Origin: Octopus sinensis
Lineage: Eukaryota
DNA: 64,000 nucleotides
Reading direction: 5' to 3'
NCBI RefSeq assembly: GCF_006345805.1
Contig: NC_043001.1
Span: 107,198,001 to 107,262,000 of the forward strand
Both the position numbers and the translations under genes were made by a program. The notes under the pieces are model-generated. The model saw only the letters and a list, made by a program, of their open reading frames with translations, had not been told where the DNA came from and searched no databases. Every line of letters starts with the position of its first letter. The first letter of the stretch is position 1. Below are positions 27,018 through 38,884 of this stretch, one piece after another.

Positions 27018-27779
27018 CATAGATTGGGTTAGTGAAGGAAACGGTTGCCGAAGGAAATCTAGGACATCAACGAAAACAAGCTAAGTAATTTGTTCTGGTG
27101 GATTTTCTACCCAGTACGTATATATAGCGTCCGAAAATCCCTGGGGTATCACTGGTATTGGTGAGAAGGGCTCCAGTTGGTGATAAACTTTTATATGTAC
27201 AGGAAGCTTTCGGTTGATTTATAGCAAGGTGTGCTGAAGGCGATGAAACTATTTCCCATGCAATCGGTCTCTGTTTACGTTTTGCTGATAGGTAAGGTTA
27301 ATTCGAACGGCGGTTATTGCGTAAAGAACCCACTATCGGTGGAGTTCCTCTGATCAGCAGATCGATTTTCCAACCTGCTTTGGAAAACAAAAGACAAGCT
27401 GTGTTCCTCAGTTTGGTCGTTATAGCTAAAGTGAGTTGTAGGACGAATGCATTTGGAACGGTTGAGGATGCAATCCCCCAATCTTGCGTCAGTTTTAAGT
27501 ATGTCTTCAATCGGAAAGTGTGACTGAAGACAGAAGTATAATCTCCAAGTAAATTTGGAGAAAGTTGCTTAATAACATCATTGGTAATACCTTACGAACA
27601 GGATAATCAATGGTTCCTTGCTGATGACCAAGTGACAAATGTATGTTTGTATCTTGACTCATGATAAATATCAGAGCAAACTCTGGTCGCAAAAAGTGAT
27701 TTGTTTGTTTAAATCCTTCGTCAATGTACATCATTAATAGATACACATGCTTATATTACAAACATGGTGGTTGTCTATT

Positions 27780-28010
27780 CCTTATGCAGATTCTCACCAC
27801 CTCTTGTAACTACACCTTAGATCTATCAGGGTATCTGATGTGGCTTTTTGATTCAGAAAATGTATTGAAAAGACACCCACATAAATTCCATATCCGATTT
27901 CGACCACCAAGAGCTGCAGTTAAATCCTGATCGTTGTGTATCTTAAAATGTCGTCTGAAGCCTCCGTTAGAACTGCAGATCTTATGGCATACATTGCATT
28001 GAAAGGTGTA
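27780..28010 (-). pseudogene. Two tandem C2H2 zinc fingers, probably the C-terminus of an RTE-like LINE
   Basis: FQCNVCHKICSSNGGFRRHFKIH followed by a decayed WNLCGCLFNTFSESKSHIRY. It is cut off by (TATG)n upstream. Confidence 0.55.
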
Positions 28011-28011
28011 A

Positions 28012-28042
<31 letters not shown>

Positions 28043-28469
28043 CATACATACATACATACATACATACATACATACACGCATGTAAACACATATACTTTTG
28101 TATTCAAAAATAGAAGACTCGTTACATGTAATTGGCAGTTTCAAAATCCTTTCATGTGGTTGAGATTTGTTTTAGCCAGACTTGGATCACTTAACGTGTG
28201 AATTGTTTTGGCTAACTCCGATTTCCGTTTGTGCTGTAAACATTTTGTGAAGGTAAATTATATAGAATCTTTTAATTGTTCTAATTATAATCTAAAAATT
28301 CATGGATCAAGTTTAAGTTCTAGGCCATAAAAAATCAGTTTGGAAGCCAACCCTTATAGGTATATTATTCCATCTTTTAATTTGCCTTACTTTTCCAATT
28401 GTAATACAAATAAAACAAACCAACCATCTTTTTAATTTTTCTTCATTTTCTTTTACTGACTTTTTAATC

Positions 28470-28511
<42 letters not shown>

Positions 28512-28515
<4 letters not shown>

Positions 28516-28756
28516 AAAAGAATATTTGCATTGTATTCAAATACAAGGGGCATTTTCCTTGTTTCTGCCAGTCTCTGTCTCTCTTGTTTACTCTTGTGGG
28601 TTTGAGGTCATTGTATATATATATATATATATATAATATATATATATATATATACAATGACCTCAAACCCACAAGAGTAAACAAGAGAGACAGAGACTGG
28701 CAGAAACAAGGAAAATGCCCCTTGTATTTGAATACAATGCAAATATTCTTTTAAAA
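28512..28756. repeat. Perfect ~105 bp inverted duplication around a (TA)n spacer
   Basis: 28512-28616 is the reverse complement of 28652-28756, with no mismatch seen. Confidence 0.95.
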
Positions 28757-28914
28757 AACTTTTCTTTTAATATTTCCAAATTTAATTGTTTTCCATACAG
28801 TTGAAAAGTCTCAATGGCTGGGAACGGTACTGAAATGTTCTTTATAAAATAATTTTAGCATTTTCTATCTTGATTTTTTCCCATGTATATATATATATAT
28901 ATTTGGGTGTGTTT

Positions 28915-29060
28915 ATCACCCACCACCGCTTGACAATCGATTTTGGTGTGCTTACCGATAGAATAAGTACTAGGCTTACAAAGTATAAGTCCTTGTGTTG
29001 ATTTGTTCGACTAAAGGCGGTGCTCCAGCATGGCCGCAGTCAAATGACTGAAACAAAAGA
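28915..29060 (+). mobile_element. SINE S2 3' fragment
   Basis: Tail GGCGGTGCTCCAGCATGGCCGCAGTCAAATGACTGAAAC. Confidence 0.8.
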
Positions 29061-29144
29061 ATATAGATACCAGAAGGTCCGTTCAAAAGATTTCACAACC
29101 ACACACACCCTTTCTTTTGGGAACATTGATAAAACAAAACAGGC

Positions 29145-29355
29145 AACAGGTGTCCCAGATGAACCAACTTCACGGCAGGAGGTGCAGATGAGGGCAGCTG
29201 CATCAAACTCTCTCATGCACCAAATGACAATTGGTAAAAAGCATTCGTGAAGTAAAATTCTGTAGCAACACAGAATGGCGGTGCCCCAGCATGGCCACAG
29301 CTCGTGAGCTGAAACTAGATATAAAATAAATAAAATAAATAAAATAAAAAAATAA
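29145..29355 (+). mobile_element. Extreme 3' end of the CR1/L2-group LINE
   Basis: VPDEPTSRQEVQMRAAASNSLMHQ, a 3'UTR ending GAGCTGAAACTAG, and an (AATAA)n tail. Confidence 0.88.
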
Positions 29356-29906
29356 AAATATCTAGTCATTGAAACAAAAGATTGCGGTTTCCCTTTCCAA
29401 ATAAATCATTTATCCTCTAAACAGATTTTAGAACGACCACATGTCGTTTGTTGGTTATTGTGTTATTTCTCATAAATTCAATTTTGTACCCCTGGCAGTT
29501 TGGAGCTTACCAATAATAAATCTCATTATAATTTAAATTTTGGAAGTTGATTTCTAAACCCAAATGACACCAGCTAATCCCTATATAATCCTTTTAATGC
29601 TATAAACCTTAATTCTTGATATTAGATTCAATTTCAAAACGTGTTCTTTTATTTTCCTTTTAGAAATATCTGTCCATGCCAATATAGTTGTGTGCTTGAC
29701 AGCAACCTCCTTATCATTTGAACTTAATAACTCATACTCTGGACAGAAAAAATCCTACAACTTGATTTATGGGTTTATCATAAATTGTTTCTAGATTGTC
29801 GAACTCTTTGTTAGATTGTTCGTGCTTGTCGAACTCTTACTAAATTACGTTGCCTTGTCTTTTTCTACTTTCCGTCCTTCACTGTTCTATATATATTGTT
29901 TGTGTG

Positions 29907-30212
29907 AAGGCGCGTGCCTTAGTCGTTAGGCTATTCGGCTCACGATTTTAATGTCGTGAGTTCGATTCCCGGAGGCGCGTTGAATCCTTCAGCAGGATAC
30001 TTTATTTCACGTTGTTGCAGGACACTCACCAGGCAAAAATGAGTAGTACCTGTAATTTAAACATTCTGTGTAACGCTGAATCTCCCCAAGAGCTACGCTA
30101 AGGGTACGCGTGTCTGTGGAGTACTCATCCACTTGCACGTTAATTTCACGAGCAGGCTGTTCCGCGGATCAGATCAACTGAAACATTCATCGTCGTAACC
30201 GACGAAGAGCCA
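29907..30212 (+). mobile_element. tRNA-derived SINE S4
   Basis: GGCGCGTGCCTTAGTCGTTAGG head and GAGTTCGATTCC B box. The tail ending CGTCGTAACCGACG is shared with 61285-61440 and the 24780-24885 fragment. Confidence 0.75.
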
Positions 30213-30539
30213 TGTTATTGGGTTATCACTGGATCATTCCAGTAACATATTTTCGTTCAGGGTTGACTCATGCTCGTACACAACAATATGAACAACAACA
30301 GCAACAAAATTCTTTTCTACTCTAGGCACAAGACCCGAAATTTGGAGGTAGGAGCCAGTCGATTAGATTGACCCCAGTACGCAAATGTTACTTAATTTAT
30401 CGACCCCGAAAAAATGATAGGCAAAGTCGACCTCGATGGAATTTGAACTCAGAATGTAAAGACATTAACAAAATTAAACAACAACAACAACAACAACAAC
30501 AAAAACAGCGACAGCAGTAGCAACACAAAAGCGGAGTCC

Positions 30540-31160
30540 ATGCAATCGATAGGTTCTGGTGTTCTTCATTAAAAGGTTCTGATACACACTATTAGGATGC
30601 AGCTTATATTTTCAACTCGTATTCAAATGTATATATTTGAGGCTGACATCAATCTAGTAATTCGGCAACCCTGTCTGTAACAATTGTACTTGAGGTGATT
30701 TTTCACCCGGGGTTTGTTGAGCCGGATCCAACCAACGATTTCGCCATGTTCGTGACGAATGTTGACCACATCCGACGGTCTGCAGTAGTCGAGGCTGTAA
30801 TGCATATCCATTTCGGATTCCACTGTCGAAGACCATTGACGTAGAGGCCTGATAGTGCTTCCACGTCCGGATAGCATGGACGCCGTAGCTGTAGTCGTCA
30901 TTGGTCGTTGAGATGTAGGGTTCATGCTCCGAGTTTCAGTTCACACGTGGTCCCAAGTCACATGCATATACACTTTGGGATAGATCCTCTTGCCGTCGAT
31001 TGTCGACCGTCGCGGAGGGTTCGCTGACCAAGTCACCACCGACTACTGAAGCACACGTAGCCTGGGTTTCAAGCAAATTCTAGGGATATGCTTTGGTAAA
31101 AGCTGAGGAGTACCTCGTTCATTTTCGATCTATTGCTTAAGGAAGCAATTCCGGTTTGAA
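30540..31160 (-). pseudogene. Unassigned, frameshifted, CpG-rich coding-like relic
   Basis: Runs of C-ending codons give TIDGKRIYPKVYMHVTWDHV / EHEPYISTTNDDYSYGVHAIRTWKHY / HYSLDYCRPSDVVNIRHEHGEIVGWIRLNKP. No family recognised. Confidence 0.35.
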
Positions 31161-31405
31161 CTTGGTGATCAAGTTGGTCCGGTGATTAGGACTTGCTCTT
31201 GGTACCTACCTAGGTGGAATTTGAAAACGCAACGCAGATGGCCGGAACATATACTCCAAGCCATCTAGTTCGTCACTCTAAACATTCCTCCAAGTACTCC
31301 GCCCCAGAGGTCTGGTACTTTATTTAGCAATTCCAAGCAATAAAAAGCTAAAGTGTCAACGTCGAAATTTGAACTCAAGACGAAAGGAGACAAATACCAC
31401 CAAGC

Positions 31406-32670
31406 ATCGGGGAAACCCAAAAGAAACCGGAATTTTGCAGTATTATCTTATCCACTTAGTTTTACACGCTTTCACTTTTATCGCCTTTGAAGTATTCTCC
31501 ATTTGAAGCAATGCATCAATCCAGATGCGTTTTCTAGTGTTCGAAGTAGTCCTAGAACTCTTGCGAAGTGATGCTTTTTAATGCCTCCGTCATTTTTTTC
31601 TTCATCCCTTCTGCATCGGCAAAACGTTTTCCTTTAAGTACTTTTTTCATTCGGGAGAACAGAAAAAAAGTCGCAGAGAGTAAGATTGAGCGAATAGGGA
31701 GAGTGCGTAAGCAGGGCCGTACCATTTTTAGTCAAAATTTGTCTCACACTCAAGGTGGTGTGAGCAGGCGCATTGTCATGATGAAACCACTCCTCTCCAC
31801 TTTGCCATATGTTGGGGCGTTTTCGTCTCACCTCGTCTCGCAAATGCTTCAGAATTGCCAAATAAAATGTCAGGTTAACAGTTTCACCAGATGGAACAAA
31901 TTCTGTGCAGGCAACTCCTTTCGTATCAATGAAACAAATCAGCATTGTGTTGACATTGGACATCATTTGACGCGCTTTTGAGAGGCGTGGTGACATTGAA
32001 TGCTTCCATTGACTTGCTTGCTGATTCTTTCTCGGGTCGTAGCCATAGCATTAGCTTTCGTCACCAGTGATGACCTTTGGATAAAGGTTAGGATCAACTT
32101 CCAGCCATTCTTTCAGTTCTCGACATGCATTCAGCCGTGACTGCTTTCGATCTCTCTTGATCAAGCGAGGCACAAATATTTTGCTGTGACTTCTCATTCG
32201 CAGCTCCTCGCTCAAAATTTGTTGGCAGGAACTCCAAGATACATCAGTCATATCAACAAGTTCGCCAATTGTTTGGTGACGGCCCTCCAAGATCATTTCA
32301 TGAATTTTCATGATATTGCCATTCGTTCGAGAGGTCGACGTTCGTCCTGAATGAGGATGGTCCCCAAGCGACAAGTCACCATTCCTAAAGTGTGAAAACC
32401 ACTCGTAAACTTGTGTTTTGCTCATGGCAGCATCCTTGTGAGTTGTTTGAAGCATGACAACTGTTTCAGCCGCCGTTTTCCCCAAGCAAAAAAAAGCAGA
32501 ATTTCACAGAAGTACGCTGTTCCTTCGTTTTAGCAATCCCCAAAATAGACGAACAGGAGAGAAGCACTTTAAAACAAAGACGCACCACGTAAGAGTACGA
32601 CTACAATCGACGATACTGGTCGGCAGACAGACGCCTGAGTGTTTCCAGTTACTTTTGGGTGACGTCCTGA
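31406..32670 (-). mobile_element. Full-length-sized (~1.26 kb) decayed mariner (DD34D-type transposase)
   Basis: GKTAAET..MSKTQVYEWF..G HTH, FVPRL, ITGDES, HHDNAPAH and HSPYSLNL..CDFF. Diverged TIRs CCCAAAAGAAACCGGAA (31416-32) / TTCCAGTTACTTTTGGG (32643-59). Confidence 0.92.
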
Positions 32671-32914
32671 CGTCTCTGTTAAAGTACCTACTTTCTGACA
32701 AAACACGTCAAAAAAATTTTATCTATACTATGACAATCACGAATTTCCCAACATTAGATCAGACTCAGATAATGCATAAGGAAATTGATATATCAACGAA
32801 GTGAAACCAGATCACAGGTGCACGGCCATGTGCTTTACTTATATTTCTAGAATGACTTCCTTATTTAAAAAAAAAAATTATTTTGTCATTGAAGGAAGGA
32901 CATCTTATTTCTTT

Positions 32915-33297
32915 ATTGCCCACTAGGGGACAAACAAGGACAGACAAAGGGATTAAGTCGATTACATCGACGCCAGTACGTAACTGGTACTTATTTAATC
33001 GACCCCGAAAGGATGAAAGGTAAAGTCGACCTCGGTGGGATTTGAACTCAGAACGTAGCGGCAGACGAAATACCTATTTCTTTACTACCTACAAGGGGCT
33101 AAACACAAAGAGGACAGACAAACGGATTAAGTCGATTATATCTACCCCAGTGCGCAACTGGTACTTATTTAATCGACCCCGAAAGGATGAAGGGCAAAGT
33201 CGACCTCGGCGGAATTTGAACTCAGAACGTAGCGGCAGACGAAATACCACTGAGCATTTCGCTCGGCGTGCTAACGTTTCTGCCAGCTTTCTGCCTT
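32915..33297 (-). mobile_element. SINE S1 dimer
   Basis: The B-box-to-body unit is repeated twice with the spacer CCCCTTGTAGGTAGTAAAGAAATAGG. Confidence 0.88.
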
Positions 33298-34269
33298 ATA
33301 GGCGGTGAGCTGGCAGGACATCTGTGGAAGGACATCTGTGGAAGGACATCTGTGACTGTTCTATATGTATGCAGCATCAGTGTATCCTTGTCAATGTCAC
33401 TGTTTATGTTCATACTCGTCTAAAACCTGGTGTTTATGCTGTCTTTGTAATCTCTTTAAGTTAGCGGTTCGACAAAAGTAATCGATGAAATAAGTATCTG
33501 AGTTAAATAAATACTGTGGTTGATATGTTCTGCTAAACCCTCGAGGAAAAGGAACCGTGTACATCGTTTAATTGTCCTGTGCAAGGTTTGGAGAATAGGT
33601 GATAAAATAGTAAGAAAGACAGAAATGGAGAGTCTGGTGCATCGAGATGGTTTAGGCGGAAGTACGAAGTAATTTTCAAGTACAGAGGAGTAGAGATGTT
33701 AGAGGAAGCAGAGAGAAAAATCAGAGCGTTTATACCGTGTCTGTAATATGTTAGTCGGAGGTCTTGGATGTTTGTTTGTGTAGAGGCAGTACCCTATATT
33801 TGGGAGTAGTATCTGGAACCGATTCTTAGTTGAGGTTTCAGAGTTCAGATCACACCCTCTGACACCGGTAACGATGGTTATAGACTTAGTTAGGCCTTAA
33901 AAAGTGCCCCAAAAGTTTAGCTGATCACTCAAAACCAACACACGAGTTGTCAAGCCGTCCAAGTCTTGTGCACGCAATGGATATGTATCTACAGAGAGTT
34001 CGGGCTAAATTTGAATATTTGCCTAAAAGGAAGTACGAACGGGTCCATTACAAAATATTTACCATTGTATTTATGGAATCACATTCACTTAAAAATATTT
34101 CTAAATGATTAAAATATTGTATTTAACAAAAGCGAGATTAGAAACATTTACAGTAAAAAAAAAAATAAAACTCGTATTTTTTCGTTGGCAAGTTAGTCAC
34201 TGAGACTTTTGCACAGATCGTGAACTTTGTTTTCAAAATACAGAAGACATTGATCATAATGTCTCTAAT

Positions 34270-34735
34270 CGAAGCTTTATCAGGCAAGACTGTTCGAGAT
34301 GCGCGCAGAGCGATGAAACCGTGTTGCTGACTTGTGGAATTATGTCGAACAGCTGTTATCGTGTGTGGATGAATGCGGCTATTGGCCGGATTCATCGTGA
34401 GGATCGCCGCATCACCCACCTTTAACAAAGCAGGGAAGGCGGTGTTCGTCTGTCTGATGGCTATGGCAAAAGAGGTTGTAATGTGGATGATCCTGAAAGG
34501 ATTGAAGAAAGACACCTTCCTCTTCGCTCAAGCTGTTAGGGAAAGGAAAGTGAGGGTGTAGCTACCTTTCAGCGAATTTGTGAAAAGATGGGTGACTGGC
34601 AAAAATGGTTAGAGCGAATGGTCCTGCTCTAAGTATTTTCCTATAAATTGGGGAACAACATTTGGGAGAGGGTTCGTGCTGGTCAGGGTAATCCTGAATC
34701 TGTGGGGTTCCTTGATTGGATCAAGCTGGTGTTTC
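34270..34735 (+). mobile_element. L1/Tx1-like LINE 3' fragment
   Basis: RCAQSDETVL knuckle, LWNYVEQLL, AVFVCLMAMAKEVVMW..KGLK..RKVRV..EF.KRW. Related to 41455-41890. Confidence 0.65.
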
Positions 34736-34859
34736 AACTATATTATTCATGTAATCACATACTTTGAAGTACTGCATGTATTTTGCATTTTTTTCCATGC
34801 TACTATTATTCCATAAGGGCTAAAAGATCCTCTCTATATATTTATATATATCGCACAAA

Positions 34860-35500
34860 GGCTATCTCTTTATTTACGCTGCAGTCACTAAGTTAAAGAG
34901 AAGGGTTTTTTTCTTCTTTTTATTACTTTTTTCTGACAGGCAAAAACTAATCAAATATAAAAAGACTAAAAATGACTTGCAAAACTTGATTTTTTAAATT
35001 CATTTATTGCTAAGTTACGACTTACGGTGTTCGCATCCACCCCTGTCATGTAATTTAATCGGAATTACTGCTCGCCTTGAGGGATTTACAGCACCTTTTC
35101 TCCTCATATGATTTAATTTCAGGACTTACAACTCTCTTGGACGGGTTGCTAGGATCAGGAGGAATAATGAGAAGGAGGGAAGAGTTAGAGCGATGTGGGG
35201 CGTATCTGAAAGGAAGGACTGAATGAACAGGTTATATGGAAGCGAGGGCAGGGACGAGAAAGGTGTGGTGGAGAACCGAGATAGGGAATGTAAGGAGCGA
35301 GGGTTTCTCTATACATTGAGATCGACTACATTAGTAAGCCACTCATATTATATATGAGTTGAGATACATATACAACCAAGGAGGTGAGCAAACGAGAAAA
35401 ATGAACCCCCATGACAATTAGTTGAACCTGTTCCGTATGACTTGAAATTTTATAAGCGTAAATATCCACCTACGTCTATAGTTGTGTGTGTGTGTGTGTG

Positions 35501-35532
<32 letters not shown>

Positions 35533-35836
35533 GTGTGTGTATGTGTGTGTGTGTGTGCGTGTGTGTGTGTGTATGCATGTGTGACACCATGGATGGTATT
35601 ACATTATGCTATAAAATATGCTATGAATAAAGCCGTTTGCGTAACAGAAAATAACTCAATAAAAGAAAAACCGGGTTAACTTAGCAATAAATGAATAAAA
35701 AAAATCAAGTTTTTGCAAGTCATTTTTAGTCTTTTTATGTTTGATTAGTTTTTGCCTGTCAGAAAAAAGTAATAAAAAGAAGAAAAAAACCCTTCTCTTT
35801 AACTTAGTGACTGCAGCGTAAATAAAGAGATAGCCT
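34860..35836. repeat. ~160 bp near-identical inverted repeats (34860-35017 / 35677-35836) flanking ~660 bp
   Basis: GGCTATCTCTTTATTTACGCTGCAGTCACTAAG..ATTCATTTATTGCTAAGTTA is mirrored with only a few differences. Confidence 0.9.
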
Positions 35837-35837
35837 T

Positions 35838-36325
35838 GGCGATTTCAAGGTCAAGCCATTGCTTGTTTACCATTCCGATTATCCGGGAGTTTTCAAAAGA
35901 AACAATGTTATGTAGACTAAATTGCCTGTTATGTGGCGGGCTAATACGAAGACTTGGGTAACCAGACAATTTTTTATTAAGTGGATTCATGAAGTTTTTG
36001 GTCCGAGTGTTAAAAAATACCTGTAAGAAAAAACTTGTCACTAAAATGCCTTCTCCTGTTAAACAATGCCCCCGTTCATCCTCCGGGTATGGAGGATCAC
36101 TTAGTTGAAAAGTTCGATTTTATTCAGATCAAATACTTGCCACCTAACACAACCAATGGACCAATAGGTCATTGCAAACTTTAAGAGACTTTACACAAAA
36201 ACGCTATTTCGAAAGTGTTTTCATGTCACGAATGACACTCAGTTAATTCTCAGAGAATTTTGGAAAAATCATTTCAATATCCTGAATTGTGTTAATCTTA
36301 TTGATAATACATGGAACCAAGTGAG
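35838..36325 (+). mobile_element. Tigger/pogo-type transposase fragment (DDE core)
   Basis: Manual translation: GDFKVKPLLVYHS..VFK..KLPVMWRANTKTWVTRQFF..LLLLNNAPVHPP..YLPPNTT..MDQ*VIANFKRLY..REFWKNHFNI. It is not present in the ORF track because of stops. Confidence 0.88.
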
Positions 36326-36409
36326 TTTCAGAGCCATATGTATATATATATATGAATATATATATACACACACGTACACACACAGACACACATACACTCA
36401 CACATATAT

Positions 36410-37148
36410 CACTTTCAGTTTGATCACTTTGACCGACCAGTCCGTCAGGCGTCCATTTGACACCGCTGGTCACAGCCCGCTGTCCACTCCTCTCTGGATC
36501 GCACCTTTCTCATCCACGTGATCCCAATCGTCCTCCTGAAATCGTAATTCCACCGTCGTGGAGGTCTTCCGGGTGGTCTTTTCCGCTCACGCGGGTACCA
36601 CTCGACAACTGCGTGCGTCCACCGATTATCGGTGAGCCGGGCGACGTGTCCAGCCCATCTATACTCGCTGCGTGTATACTCTGCGATGACATCTCTCACG
36701 CCGGACTTCTTTCTGGTGATCTTGCTACTTATGTGCTCTCTCAACGAGATACCAAGCATTGACCTTTCCATGGCTCTTTGAGCCGTTACCAGTCTTTGCT
36801 CTTCTCTCTTTGTGGTAGCCCATGTTTCACTACCATATAACATTGCAGGCAGAACTGCACTGTTAATGAGGTTGGCGCGGGTGGTCCTGTCCAACCTTCT
36901 CTTGAGCACATCCCTTATGCCATTGAACGCCTTCCATCCGGCCCTTACTCAGTGGAAAGAGTCAAATACCATCCCGCTGTATAAGAAGGGCGACAGAGAA
37001 GATCTAAAGAACTACCGACCCAAATGCCTGCTGTCTCACGTGTACAAGCTGTTCACGAAGATAATTCTGAACAGGTTGTCACGTCGTCTCGACGAACAAC
37101 AACCGAGGGAGCAAGCAGGCTTCCGGAAGAACTACAGCACAATGGACC
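36410..37148. mobile_element. RTE-clade LINE with a 5' inversion (3' part on -, RT part on +)
   Basis: Minus 36950-36410: LPAMLYGSETW..RWAGHVAR..GRPPRRW. Plus 36950-37148: WKESNTIPLYKKGD..NYRP..EQAGFR..STMDH. Confidence 0.88.
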
Positions 37149-37166
37149 ACACACACACACACACAC

Positions 37167-37214
<48 letters not shown>

Positions 37215-37224
37215 CATACATACA

Positions 37225-37283
<59 letters not shown>

Positions 37284-37321
37284 TATATATATTATATATA
37301 TATATACATATATGTATATTA

Positions 37322-37585
37322 TGATGGATTCTTCCACCGTTAGACGACATCTGAGGGATCGACAATTTCTTATAGCGATCACACGTTTGTGTACACATAA
37401 ACTCACTCCCTCCATCAAATCGACTTTACCTTTACAGGTGCAAAGGGTGCCACATGTCAGATGACGAAATGATCGCAGAGAAATGTGAAATGAAGTCTCT
37501 TGCTCAAGAACACAACACCCCGTCTGAGAATCGAACCTACGGTCTCGAAATCGTGTGTCTAACACCTTAACCGCTGAGCTTTCTA
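37322..37585 (-). mobile_element. tRNA-derived SINE (S4-like head, different body)
   Basis: Reverse strand AGCTCAGCGGTTAAGG..GGTTCGATTCTC..GTGTTCTTGAGCAAGAGACTT. Confidence 0.65.
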
Positions 37586-37609
37586 TGAGCCATACGCCTT
37601 TATCCTTAA

Positions 37610-37970
37610 TCATTTACTTGCTTCAGTCATCAAACTGTGGCCATGCTAGGGTACCGCCTTAAAGAATGTTTAGTCGAATGAATCGACCACAGATTTTGTT
37701 TCCTTTTTTTTGACAATGGTACTTATTCGATCGAATTCTTTTGCCGAACCGCTAAGATACGGAGATATAAACACAACAACAGTTGTCAAACGGTGATGGG
37801 GCAAAGACAGACACAAACACACGCTCACACACATACGACGTTCTTCTTTCAATTTCCGTCTATTAAGACCATTCACAAGTCTTTTTGAAGGCTATAGTAG
37901 AAGACATTTACCCAAGAGTAACCATGAGAATGGAAAGAAGACTTCTTATCACACAGTCACGCCTGCGCCT
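37610..37970 (-). mobile_element. SINE S2 (diverged)
   Basis: Head AGGCGCAGGCGTGACTGTG and the S2 tail, both on the minus strand. Confidence 0.75.
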
Positions 37971-38277
37971 GCGTTTGTCTCTTCTGTTTATTACAGGTAT
38001 TTGTTAATCGACGTGTTCCTCGATACATTGCTAACATATTAACTACTAGCAATGACGTAATTCATCATTCTCCTTGATGGTTCAGTGTATTCTCGTTGCT
38101 AATGGTGTCCTTGTGTAGTTTCAAAACGGTTTCATTTTGATTGGCACACAACCTCGCACATGCACCCATAATTCTGCATTACGTGTCTGTCTTTACGTGC
38201 TGTGAATGTGTAAATAAGAGAGGGCATCTGTGTATGCATGTGTGTATGTATGTCATTATTCAGTTTATTTCAAGATA

Positions 38278-38720
38278 GGCGCAGGAGTGACTGTGTGGTA
38301 AGTAGCTTGCTAACCAACCACATGGTTCCGGGTTCAGTCCCACTGCGTGGCATCTTGGGCAAGTGTCTTCTGCTATAGCCCCGGACCGACTAATGCCTTG
38401 TGAGTGGATTTGGTAGACGGAAACTGAAAGAAGCCTGTCGTATATATGTATATATATGTGTGTGTATGTATATATGTATATATATATATGTGTGTGTATG
38501 TGTTTGTGTGTCTGTGTTTGTCCCCCTAGCATTGCCTGACAACCGATGCTGGTGTGTTTACGTCCCCGTCACTTAGCGGTTCGGCAAAAGAGACCGATAG
38601 AATAAGTACTAGGCTTACAAAGAATAAGTTCCGGGGTCGATTTGATCGACTAAAGCCGGTGCTCCAGCATGGCCGCAGTCAAATGACTGAAACAAGTAAA
38701 AGAGTAAAATAAAAGAGTAT
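38278..38720 (+). mobile_element. SINE S2, full length
   Basis: GGCGCAGGAGTGACTGTGTGGTAAG head, GGTTCAGTCCC B-box-like motif, internal microsatellite and hairpin tail. Further copies lie at 56690-57082, 61755-62170 and 62310-62700 (all minus). Confidence 0.88.
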
Positions 38721-38884
38721 TTGTTGCCAATAAAGAAAGAACCGATTTCTAACCTAGATCCAAGGTTCCTTCAACGGTATGTATGTATGTATGTATGTAT
38801 GTATGTATGTATGTATGTATGTATGTATGTATGCATGCATGTATGCATGTATGTATGTATGTATGTATGTATGTATGTATGTAT

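Noticed and set aside
27040-27760. Moderately complex sequence that might be a decayed LINE
   Set aside because: No motif could be recovered in any frame by eye, so it is left unannotated.
33312-33357. 14 bp tandem GGACATCTGTGGAA x~3
   Set aside because: Short local slippage with no further structure.
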